From an uncultured Clostridia bacterium (lineage in GTDB: Bacteria > Bacillota > Clostridia > Oscillospirales > Oscillospiraceae), in NCBI GenBank assembly GCA_946412355.1, contig CAMKGX010000004.1, positions 476 through 64,475 of the forward strand: a stretch of DNA of 64,000 nucleotides. The letters run 5' to 3'. The notes under the pieces are model-generated. The model was not told the DNA's origin, ran no database searches, and was given only the letters and a program-made list of their open reading frames with translations. The translations under genes and the position numbers were made by a program. Below are positions 18,697 through 26,866 of this stretch, in pieces (the stretch's first letter is position 1; each line of letters begins with the position of its first letter).

Positions 18697-21600
18697 TTAC
18701 TTGTACATCTCAATGAGCTTCAGCAGGTGCTCGTAGCGAGCCTTGGCCTCTGCCTCGTTGCGCTGGAACAGATCGCCCGCGCGCTCGGGGAACTCCCGGG
18801 TCAGACGGCTGTAACGGGCCTCGTTCATCAGGAACTCCTGATAGCCGCCGGCAGGGGCCTTGGAGTCCAGGGTGAACTTCTGCTCGGCCTCGGGATTGAA
18901 GCGGAACAGGTTCCAGTAGCCGCAATCCACGGCCTTCTTCATTTCCTTCTGGCAGTTCATCATGCCGCCCTTGATGCTGTGCATCTCGCAGGGGCTGTAG
19001 CCGATGATCAGGGACGGGCCGTGATAGGCCTCGGCCTCGGTGATGGCCTTGATGGTCTGAGCGGGGTTGGCGCCCATGGCGATCTGGGCCACGTACACGT
19101 AGCCATACTGCATGGCGATCTCCGCCAGGCTCTTCTTCTTGACCTCCTTACCGGCGGCGGCGAACTGTGCCACCTGGCCGATGTTGGAAGCCTTGGAGGC
19201 CTGACCGCCGGTGTTGGAGTAGACCTCGGTGTCGAACACGAACACGTTCACGTCCTGCTTGGAGGCCAGCACGTGGTCCAGTCCGCCGTAGCCGATGTCG
19301 TAAGCCCAACCGTCGCCGCCGAAGATCCACATGGTCTTCTTGGCCAGGTAATCCTTCTTGTCCAGGATCCGGGCCACCAGGGTGCAGGCGCTGCAATCGC
19401 AGAACTGCTCACCGGCGGCCTTGCGCTCCTGGGCGTGGGCGAGCATCTCGGCGGCCTTGTCGCCGAAGAGCTCCTTGCCCTTCTCGCTGCCGAACAGGGC
19501 GATGTTCTCGTCCACGGTGGCGATGTTGGCCATCAGGGCCTTCACGTACTCCTTGGCGGGCTCGGCGTTGGCGTTGCCGTCGTCCATGGTGTCCAGCCAC
19601 TTCTGGGCGGCGTCCTTCAGCTGGGGACGGGTCTGGGGCTGGGCGATGAGCTCCCGGGTCATCGCGGCCAGATCGTCGCGAATCTTCTGCTGGCCGATGT
19701 ACATGCCCAGGCCGTGCTCGGCGTTATCCTCAAACAGGCTGTTGCACCAGGCGGGGCCGTGGCCCTCCTTGTTGGTGCAGTAGGGGGAGGTGGCAGCGGG
19801 GCCGCCCCAGATGGAGGAGCAGCCGGTGGCGTTGGAGACGTACATTCTGTCGCCGAAGAGCTGGGTCACCAGGCGGGCATAGCTGGTCTCGGCGCAGCCG
19901 GCGCAGGAGCCGGAGAACTCCAGCATGGGCTGACGGAACTGGCTGCCCTTGACGGTGTTGTCCTGCATGTCCTTCTTGTCGCTGACCTTCTCCACGCAGT
20001 AGTCAAAGACCTTCTGCTGGGGCAGCTCGCCCTCCTGGGCCACCATGCTCAATGCGCTGGTGGGGCACACGCCCACGCACACGCCGCAGCCCATGCAGTC
20101 CAGGGGGCTGATGGCCATGGTGAACTTGTAGGTGCCCTTGCCCTTGCCGGCCTTCACGTCCACGATCTTGGCCTCGGCGGGCGCCGCAGCGGCCTCAGCC
20201 TCGGTGAGAGCGAAGGGACGGATGGTGGCGTGGGGGCAGACGTAGGCGCACTGGTTGCACTGGATGCACTTGGCGCTGTCCCAGGCGGGGACGGACACGG
20301 CCACGCCGCGCTTCTCATAGGCGGAGGCGCCCAGCTCGAACTGGCCGTCCACGTGATCCATAAAGGCGGACACGGGCAGGCTGTCGCCGTCCATCTTGCC
20401 CACGGGGTCGAGAATGTCGTTGACCATCTTGACAAGCTCCGCCTTGCCATGGCGCTCCACAGCGGGCTTGTTGTCCTGGGCGTCGGCCCAGTCGGCGGGC
20501 ACGTCGATCTTCTTGAAGGCGGAGGCGCCCAGGTCGATGGCCTTGTAGTTCATGTCCACGATGTCCTGGCCCTTCTTCAGGTAGGACTTCTTGGCGGCCT
20601 CCTTCATGTAGCCGATGGCCTCCTCCTGGGGCATGACCTTGGCCAGGGTGAAGAAAGCGGACTGGAGAATGGTGTTGTTGCGCTTGCCCATGCCGATCTC
20701 AATGGCCAGGTCAATGGCATCGATGGTGTAGAGCTGGATGTTGTTGCGGGCGATGTAGCGCTTGGAGGCGGCGTCCAGATGGTGGTTCAGCTCGTCGAAG
20801 TCCCACTGGCAGTTGATCATGTACACGCCGCCGGGCTTCACGTCCTGCACCATCTTGAAGCCCTTGGTCACGTAGCTGGGGTTGTGGCAGGCCACGAAGT
20901 CAGCCTTGTTGATGTAGTAGGGGCTGCGGATGGGCTTGTCGCCGAAGCGCAGGTGGCTGATGGTCACGCCGCCGGTCTTCTTGGAGTCGTACTGGAAGTA
21001 GGCCTGCACGAACTTGTCGGTGTGGTCGCCGATGATCTTGATGGAGTTCTTGTTGGCGCCCACGGTGCCGTCGCCGCCCAGACCCCAGAACTTGCACTCG
21101 ATGGTGCCTTCCGCGGCGGTGTTGGGGCAGTTGGGATCCTCAGGCAGGGACATGTTGGTCACGTCGTCCACGATGCCGATGGTGAACTGGCGCTTCATGT
21201 GGTCGCGCTTCAGCTCGCTGTACACGGCGAACACGGAGGCAGGAGGCGTGTCCTTGCTGCCCAGGCCGTAGCGGCCGCCGATGATCTGCACGTCGTTGCG
21301 GCCGGCGTTGGCAAGAGCCGTGACCACGTCCTGATACAGGGGCTCGCCCAGAGCGCCGGGCTCCTTGGTGCGGTCCAGGACGGCAATCTTCTTGGCGGTG
21401 GCGGGGATGGCCTCGATCAGCTTCTCGGGGGCGAAGGGGCGGAAGAGGCGGACCTTCACCAGGCCCACCTTCTCGCCGTGGGCGTTGAGGTAGTCGATGA
21501 CCTCCTCGGCCACGTCGCAGATGGAGCCCATGGCGATGATGACGCGGTCGGCGTCGGCAGCGCCGTAGTAGTTGAACAGCTTATAGTCGGTGCCCAGCTT

Positions 21601-22356
21601 GGCGTTGATCTTGTCCATGTACTTCTCGACCACGGCGGGCAGCGCGTTGTAGTAGCTGTTGCAGGCCTCGCGGTGCTGGAAGAAGATATCGCCGTTCTCG
21701 TGGGAGCCGCGCATGTGGGGATGCTCGGGGTTCAGGGCGTGCTCGCGGAAGGCCTTCACGGCGTCCATGTCGCACATTTCCTTCAGGTCCTCGTAGTCCC
21801 ACACGGCGATCTTCTGGATCTCATGGCTGGTGCGGAAGCCGTCGAAGAAGTTGATGAAGGGCACCTTGCCGGTGAGGGCGGCCAGATGGGCCACGGGGCT
21901 CAGGTCCATGACCTCCTGCACGTTGCCCTCGCACAGCATGGCAAAGCCGGTCTGGCGACATGCCATCACGTCGCTGTGGTCACCGAAGATGTTCAGCGCG
22001 TGGGTGGACACGGTACGGGCGGACACGTGGAACACGCAGGGCAGCTGCTCGGCGGCGATCTTGTACATGTTGGGGATCATCAGCAGCAGGCCCTGGGAGG
22101 CGGTGTAGGTGGTGGTGAGAGCGCCGGCGCCCAGAGAGCCGTGCACCGCGCCGGCGGCGCCGGCCTCGCTCTGCATCTCCACAACCTTCACCTGAGTGCC
22201 GAAGATGTTCTTAAGACCATTGGCGCTCCACTGGTCCACAAAGTCGGCCATGGGGGAGGAAGGGGTGATGGGGTAGATGGCTGCCACTTCGCTGAACGCA
22301 TAGGAAACGTGCGCCGCAGCGTTGTTGCCATCCATGGATTTCATTTTTCTTGCCAT
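18697..22356 (-). CDS. nifJ: Pyruvate:ferredoxin (flavodoxin) oxidoreductase
   Basis: YPITPSS, EMQSEAGAAG, ferredoxin CIQCNQC and CMGCGVC, FSGSCAGCAE, GGDGWAYDIG. Confidence 0.97.
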   Translation of the reverse strand: MARKMKSMDGNNAAAHVSYAFSEVAAIYPITPSSPMADFVDQWSANGLKNIFGTQVKVVEMQSEAGAAGAVHGSLGAGALTTTYTASQGLLLMIPNMYKIAAEQLPCVFHVSARTVSTHALNIFGDHSDVMACRQTGFAMLCEGNVQEVMDLSPVAHLAALTGKVPFINFFDGFRTSHEIQKIAVWDYEDLKEMCDMDAVKAFREHALNPEHPHMRGSHENGDIFFQHREACNSYYNALPAVVEKYMDKINAKLGTDYKLFNYYGAADADRVIIAMGSICDVAEEVIDYLNAHGEKVGLVKVRLFRPFAPEKLIEAIPATAKKIAVLDRTKEPGALGEPLYQDVVTALANAGRNDVQIIGGRYGLGSKDTPPASVFAVYSELKRDHMKRQFTIGIVDDVTNMSLPEDPNCPNTAAEGTIECKFWGLGGDGTVGANKNSIKIIGDHTDKFVQAYFQYDSKKTGGVTISHLRFGDKPIRSPYYINKADFVACHNPSYVTKGFKMVQDVKPGGVYMINCQWDFDELNHHLDAASKRYIARNNIQLYTIDAIDLAIEIGMGKRNNTILQSAFFTLAKVMPQEEAIGYMKEAAKKSYLKKGQDIVDMNYKAIDLGASAFKKIDVPADWADAQDNKPAVERHGKAELVKMVNDILDPVGKMDGDSLPVSAFMDHVDGQFELGASAYEKRGVAVSVPAWDSAKCIQCNQCAYVCPHATIRPFALTEAEAAAAPAEAKIVDVKAGKGKGTYKFTMAISPLDCMGCGVCVGVCPTSALSMVAQEGELPQQKVFDYCVEKVSDKKDMQDNTVKGSQFRQPMLEFSGSCAGCAETSYARLVTQLFGDRMYVSNATGCSSIWGGPAATSPYCTNKEGHGPAWCNSLFEDNAEHGLGMYIGQQKIRDDLAAMTRELIAQPQTRPQLKDAAQKWLDTMDDGNANAEPAKEYVKALMANIATVDENIALFGSEKGKELFGDKAAEMLAHAQERKAAGEQFCDCSACTLVARILDKKDYLAKKTMWIFGGDGWAYDIGYGGLDHVLASKQDVNVFVFDTEVYSNTGGQASKASNIGQVAQFAAAGKEVKKKSLAEIAMQYGYVYVAQIAMGANPAQTIKAITEAEAYHGPSLIIGYSPCEMHSIKGGMMNCQKEMKKAVDCGYWNLFRFNPEAEQKFTLDSKAPAGGYQEFLMNEARYSRLTREFPERAGDLFQRNEAEAKARYEHLLKLIEMYK

Positions 22357-22647
22357 GAAATGAACCTCCTAATTGTTATGTCACCGTGCCATTCTACACG
22401 GCAGTATACATTGTACAGAATACCACAATTCCCTCCCCTTGTAAATCAAAAAATGCACCGATTTCACAAGCTTTGAAAGAATTATCGAAATGCGAAAATT
22501 CCCTTAATATTTTGCCCCAAACCCTGTGAATAATGGCGAAGGGCAGGGGAGAGGGGCCAAATCTTTCGCAAAAAATCATTCACAACGGCGGCGGAATATG
22601 GTATCATCATACAAATAGGTATTTTTAGCAAAAAGGAGGCGGGCGAT

Positions 22648-24165
22648 ATGGTGGTGACGGTGCGGTCCCTGGGCCTTTCCGGCATGACGGGCTACGAGGT
22701 CAGCGTGGAGTGTATGCTCTCCGGAGGTCTGCCCGCTTTTGACGTGGTGGGCCTGCCCGACGCGGCGGTGAAGGAGGCCCGGGAGCGGGCCCGTGCCGCC
22801 GTGAAGAACTGCGGCGCCAAGTTCCCCGTCAGCCACATCACCGTCAACCTGGCCCCCGCCCGGGTGCGGAAGGAGGGCACGGTGTACGACCTGCCCATCC
22901 TGCTGGGCATTCTCACGGCGGCGGAGGAGATTCGCCGCCTGCCGGAGGACGCCGCCTTTCTGGGGGAGCTGAGCCTCACCGGGGCGTTGCGGGGCGTGAC
23001 GGGGGTGCTGCCCATGGCGCTGTGGGCCCGGCAGCACGGCATACGGCAATTATTCGTCCCCGCCGCCAACGCCGCCGAGGCCACGTTGGCCCAGGGGCTG
23101 ACGGTGTACGGCGTGGAGGACGTGAAGGCGCTGGTGGCCCACTTGAAGGGGGAGCAGACGCTGACCCCCGCCCCCGCCTGGCATCCCGCTGCCGCCCCCA
23201 CCGCCACGCTGCCGGATATGGCGGAGGTCATGGGCCAGGAAGCGGTGAAGCGGGCGCTGGAGATCGCCGCCGCCGGGGGCCACAACGTGCTGATGGTGGG
23301 CTCCCCCGGGGCGGGCAAGTCCATGCTGGCCCGGCGTCTGCCCTCCATTCTGCCGGATATGACCGACGCCGAGTCGCTGGAGACCACGGAGATCTACTCC
23401 GTGGCGGGCCTTACCGACCCCCATCACCCCCTGGTGGACGTGCGGCCCTTCCGCTCGCCCCATCACACCGCCTCCACCGTGTCCCTCAGCGGCGGCGGCA
23501 CCGTGCCCCGGCCCGGCGAAATCTCATTGGCCCACAACGGCGTGCTGTTTTTAGACGAGCTGCCGGAGTTTGACCGGGCGGCGCTGGAGACGCTGCGCCA
23601 GCCCCTGGAGGACGGGGAGGTGACCATCACCCGTGCCGCCGGATCGCTGACCATCCCCAGCCGGTTCATGCTGGTGTGCGCCATGAACCCCTGCCGCTGC
23701 GGCTGGTACGGCCACCCCTCCGGGCGGTGTACCTGCTCCCGCCAGCAGGTGGAGAGCTACCTGCGCCGCATCTCCGGGCCGCTCCTGGACCGTATGGATA
23801 TCCACATCGAGGTGCCCTCGGTGGAGTACAGCGCCATGCGCCGCCGTGACGCGGTGGAGACCTCGGCGGACATCCGCAAAAGGGTCAACGCCGCCCGGGA
23901 GATACAAAAGCAGCGCTACGCCGGAACCGGCGTGTCCTGCAACGCCTACATGACCCCCGCCATGATCGGCAAGTACTGCGCCCTGGACGAGCCGTGCGAC
24001 GCCATCATGCGCCGGGCCTTTGAGCGCCTGGGCCTTACGGGCCGCAGCCACGACAGGATTTTGCGCCTGGGCCGCACCATTGCGGATTTGGCGGGCAGCG
24101 AGGCCATCCGCCCGGAGCATCTGGCGGAGGCCATCCAGTACCGCAGCCATTCCATTTTGAAATAA
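22648..24165 (+). CDS. YifB/ComM Mg-chelatase-like AAA+ ATPase
   Basis: VGLPDAAVKE, GSPGAGKS, PFRSPHHT, LFLDELPEF, SGPLLDR. Confidence 0.95.
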   Translation: MVVTVRSLGLSGMTGYEVSVECMLSGGLPAFDVVGLPDAAVKEARERARAAVKNCGAKFPVSHITVNLAPARVRKEGTVYDLPILLGILTAAEEIRRLPEDAAFLGELSLTGALRGVTGVLPMALWARQHGIRQLFVPAANAAEATLAQGLTVYGVEDVKALVAHLKGEQTLTPAPAWHPAAAPTATLPDMAEVMGQEAVKRALEIAAAGGHNVLMVGSPGAGKSMLARRLPSILPDMTDAESLETTEIYSVAGLTDPHHPLVDVRPFRSPHHTASTVSLSGGGTVPRPGEISLAHNGVLFLDELPEFDRAALETLRQPLEDGEVTITRAAGSLTIPSRFMLVCAMNPCRCGWYGHPSGRCTCSRQQVESYLRRISGPLLDRMDIHIEVPSVEYSAMRRRDAVETSADIRKRVNAAREIQKQRYAGTGVSCNAYMTPAMIGKYCALDEPCDAIMRRAFERLGLTGRSHDRILRLGRTIADLAGSEAIRPEHLAEAIQYRSHSILK

Positions 24166-24202
24166 TTTAGTGGGCATTTTGCCCCACAGGAGGTATTTTG
24201 TT

Positions 24203-24316
24203 ATGAAAAAAGTCTCTTTTATCCTTTCCTGCGTGCTGCTGGGCGTAGCCGTGGGCAACTTCGTGGTGTGCCTGCTGACCATGGCGCGGCGCGAAAAGCG
24301 CCCCTTTGACATGTGA
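24203..24316 (+). CDS. Small (37 aa) single-pass membrane protein, not in the ORF track
   Basis: AGGAGGT RBS; MKKVSFILSCVLLGVAVGNFVVCLLTMARREKRPFDM*; stop lies 8 nt before the thiI start. Confidence 0.6.
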   Translation: MKKVSFILSCVLLGVAVGNFVVCLLTMARREKRPFDM

Positions 24317-24324
24317 GGCCGCCC

Positions 24325-25497
24325 ATGCAGGAAATCATCCTTTGCAAGCTGGGCGAGGTGGTCTTGAAGGGCCTCAACCGCCGCAGCTTTGAGCAGAAGC
24401 TCATCAGCAACATCCGCCGCCGCACCAATCGCTTCGGCAACTTCAAAATCTACTCCCGCCAGTCCACCATCTACGTGGAGCCCCAGGGGGAGGACTGCAA
24501 CGTGTCCGCCGCCTACGACGCCTGCCGCCAGATTTTCGGCATCATCGCCATCGCCCGGGCCGTGCCCTGCGAGAAGGACAAGGTGGCCATTTTCAAAACC
24601 GCCAAAACCTACCTGGGGGACGCCCTCCGGGAGGCCAAGTCCTTCAAGGTGGAGTCCAAGCGGGCGGACAAGAGCTTCCCCATGAGCTCCATCCAGGTGA
24701 GCCAGTGGGTGGGCGGTGCCCTCCACGACGCCTTCCCCCATCTGACGGTGGACGTGCATCACCCGGAGCTGACGGTGTACGTGGAGATTCGGGAGGACGC
24801 GGCCTACGTCCACGCCCCCTCCCAGAGCGCCGCCGGCGGCCTGCCCATCGGCATGGGCGGTACGGCGGTGAGCCTCCTCTCCGGCGGCATCGACTCCCCT
24901 GTGTCCTCCTATATGATGGCCAAGCGCGGCGTGCAGCTGGAGATGATTCACTTCGCCTCGCCCCCCTACACCAGTGAGCTGGCCCGGGAAAAGGTGCTGC
25001 AGCTGGCGAAGGAGCTGACCCCTTGGACGGGGCGGCTGAACGTGTACATCATCCCCTTTACGGAGATTCAGGAGGCCATCCGGCAGCATTGCCCGGAGGA
25101 TCATTTCACCCTCATTATGCGCCGCTTCATGATGCGCCTGGCCCATCAGCTGGCGAAAGAATTGCACTGTAAAGCGTTGGTGACAGGCGAATGTCTGGGC
25201 CAGGTGGCCAGCCAGACCATGCAGGCCCTGGCCGTCAGCGGCGACGTCACCGACCTGCCCATCCTGCGGCCCCTCATCGGCATGGACAAGGAGGAGATCG
25301 TCCGCCTGGCCCGCCATATCGGCACCTTCGACACCTCCATCCTGCCCTATGAGGACTGCTGCACCGTCTTCACCCCCCGCCACCCCAAGACCAAGCCTGA
25401 CGTGGCGGAGGTGCGGGAGCTGGAAAGCGCGCTGGATATCGACGGCCTATGCGCTCGCGCCATGGCAGGCCGGGAAATGGTGCGGGTGCGGTTTTGA
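24325..25497 (+). CDS. thiI: tRNA 4-thiouridine(8) synthase ThiI
   Basis: GEVVLKGLNR, THUMP region, LLSGGIDSPV PP-loop, GECLGQVASQT, EDCC. Confidence 0.95.
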   Translation: MQEIILCKLGEVVLKGLNRRSFEQKLISNIRRRTNRFGNFKIYSRQSTIYVEPQGEDCNVSAAYDACRQIFGIIAIARAVPCEKDKVAIFKTAKTYLGDALREAKSFKVESKRADKSFPMSSIQVSQWVGGALHDAFPHLTVDVHHPELTVYVEIREDAAYVHAPSQSAAGGLPIGMGGTAVSLLSGGIDSPVSSYMMAKRGVQLEMIHFASPPYTSELAREKVLQLAKELTPWTGRLNVYIIPFTEIQEAIRQHCPEDHFTLIMRRFMMRLAHQLAKELHCKALVTGECLGQVASQTMQALAVSGDVTDLPILRPLIGMDKEEIVRLARHIGTFDTSILPYEDCCTVFTPRHPKTKPDVAEVRELESALDIDGLCARAMAGREMVRVRF

Positions 25498-25967
25498 CGG
25501 CGGCGGAGGTGCTGGCCCTGTGTAGGCAGCAGGGCCTGACGCTGACCACCGCCGAGAGCTGCACCGGGGGCCTTGCCGCCAAGGAATTGACCGACGTGCC
25601 CGGGGCATCGGCGGTGTTCGTAGGCGGCGTGGTCAGCTATTGGAGCGAGGTGAAAGCCAAGGTGCTGGGGGTGTCCCGGCCCCTTTTGGCGGAATACGGC
25701 GCCGTGTCCGAGCCGGTGGCCCGTGCCATGGCGGAGGGCGCCCGCCGCCTCACCGGGGCCGACGTGGCCCTCGCCGTCACCGGCGTGGCGGGCCCGGACC
25801 GGGACGATCGGGGCAACGACGTGGGCACGGTGTTCATCGCCCTGGCGGCGGAGGGCGCCACGGTGTGCCGTCCGCTGGCCCTCTCCGGCAGCCGTGATGA
25901 AATACGCCGCGACGCGGTGTCCGCCATGTGGGCGCTGCTGGCAGACTATATCAACAAGGAGATTTGA
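25494..25967 (+). CDS. CinA C-terminal / PncC-like NMN deamidase family protein
   Basis: TAESCTGG, GAVSEPVARAMAEG, TGVAGP; TTG start overlapping the thiI stop. Confidence 0.88.
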   Translation: MTAAEVLALCRQQGLTLTTAESCTGGLAAKELTDVPGASAVFVGGVVSYWSEVKAKVLGVSRPLLAEYGAVSEPVARAMAEGARRLTGADVALAVTGVAGPDRDDRGNDVGTVFIALAAEGATVCRPLALSGSRDEIRRDAVSAMWALLADYINKEI

Positions 25968-25970
25968 CCG

Positions 25971-26453
25971 ATGGCTAAAAAAGAGCTGGACTATAATCCC
26001 ATCGCCGACCGGGAGGAGGCCCGCCGCAAGGGCCGGGGCAACCCCAACCGGAATAACCACACCAAGCGAAAAAACAGCAACTACGGCGGCTACGACGCCC
26101 CGGTGAAGAAAAAGGTGGCCGCCGTCACCGGCGAGGGCCGGGCCAAGACCAAGCGCCGGGAGCTGCCCGCCTGGGCCAAGGTGCTGCTGATGGTGGACTT
26201 CGCGGCGGTGCTGGCGCTGCTGGTGCTGCGCCTGGCGGTGCTGCCGGACAGCGTGGTGCTGAACCACTTGACCACCGTTGTCCTGGGCGTTTCCTGCCTT
26301 GCCGTGTTCGCCACCCGCCGCTACCAGTACCAGTTCACCGAGAAGAAGGGCGGCTACACCTTTTTGCAGGTGCTGCTGGCGGCCATCGGCGCGCTGTATA
26401 TCGTCATGGGCGCCGCCGGCATCCTCATGGACCTGGGCCTTATCACCGCCTGA
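25971..26453 (+). CDS. Hypothetical membrane protein
   Basis: Basic N-terminus then three hydrophobic segments; GGAG RBS. Confidence 0.7.
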   Translation: MAKKELDYNPIADREEARRKGRGNPNRNNHTKRKNSNYGGYDAPVKKKVAAVTGEGRAKTKRRELPAWAKVLLMVDFAAVLALLVLRLAVLPDSVVLNHLTTVVLGVSCLAVFATRRYQYQFTEKKGGYTFLQVLLAAIGALYIVMGAAGILMDLGLITA

Positions 26454-26490
26454 AAACGGCGGAAAAAGGCCATATCCCCCCATTTTGCTG

Positions 26491-26519
26491 TTGACAAACG
26501 GGAGGAAAGTTTGTATATT
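26491..26519 (+). promoter_or_regulatory. Sigma-A promoter of the T-box-ileS unit
   Basis: TTGACA-17 bp-TATATT. Confidence 0.75.
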
Positions 26520-26539
26520 GTTCTGTGCATAACGACACA

Positions 26540-26812
26540 TACGATGAAGGGGACCCAGTACCCTGCCGCGTCCACGCGAAGAGAGCCGCCGTTTGGTGCA
26601 AGGCGGACGGGGGGCGGCTGCGGGAATATCACCCCGGAGTATCCGGCTGAACACAGCAGTAAGCCAGGACGGCGGAGGGCCGTTACCATCCCTCGCCCCA
26701 TTCCGGTGGGGCACGAGCGGTCGCGCCGGAACGGCGCGGCAACGAGAGTGGTACCGCAGAGGATAACACGCCTTTGTCTCTTGAGAGGGACAAAGGCGTT
26801 TTTCTTTTTCCC
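26540..26812 (+). promoter_or_regulatory. T-box riboswitch, Ile (AUC) specifier
   Basis: Stem I AGAGA..GGTGCAA motifs, GGAAT-ATC-ACC specifier (ATC 26628-26630), T-box AACGAGAGTGGTACCGC 26741-26757, terminator CGCCTTTGTC..GACAAAGGCG-TTTTT; upstream of ileS. Confidence 0.9.
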
Positions 26813-26866
26813 CGGCAAAAAGTGTATTTACTATATGGTATTCATACCGTAATCAGGAGGAACAAC

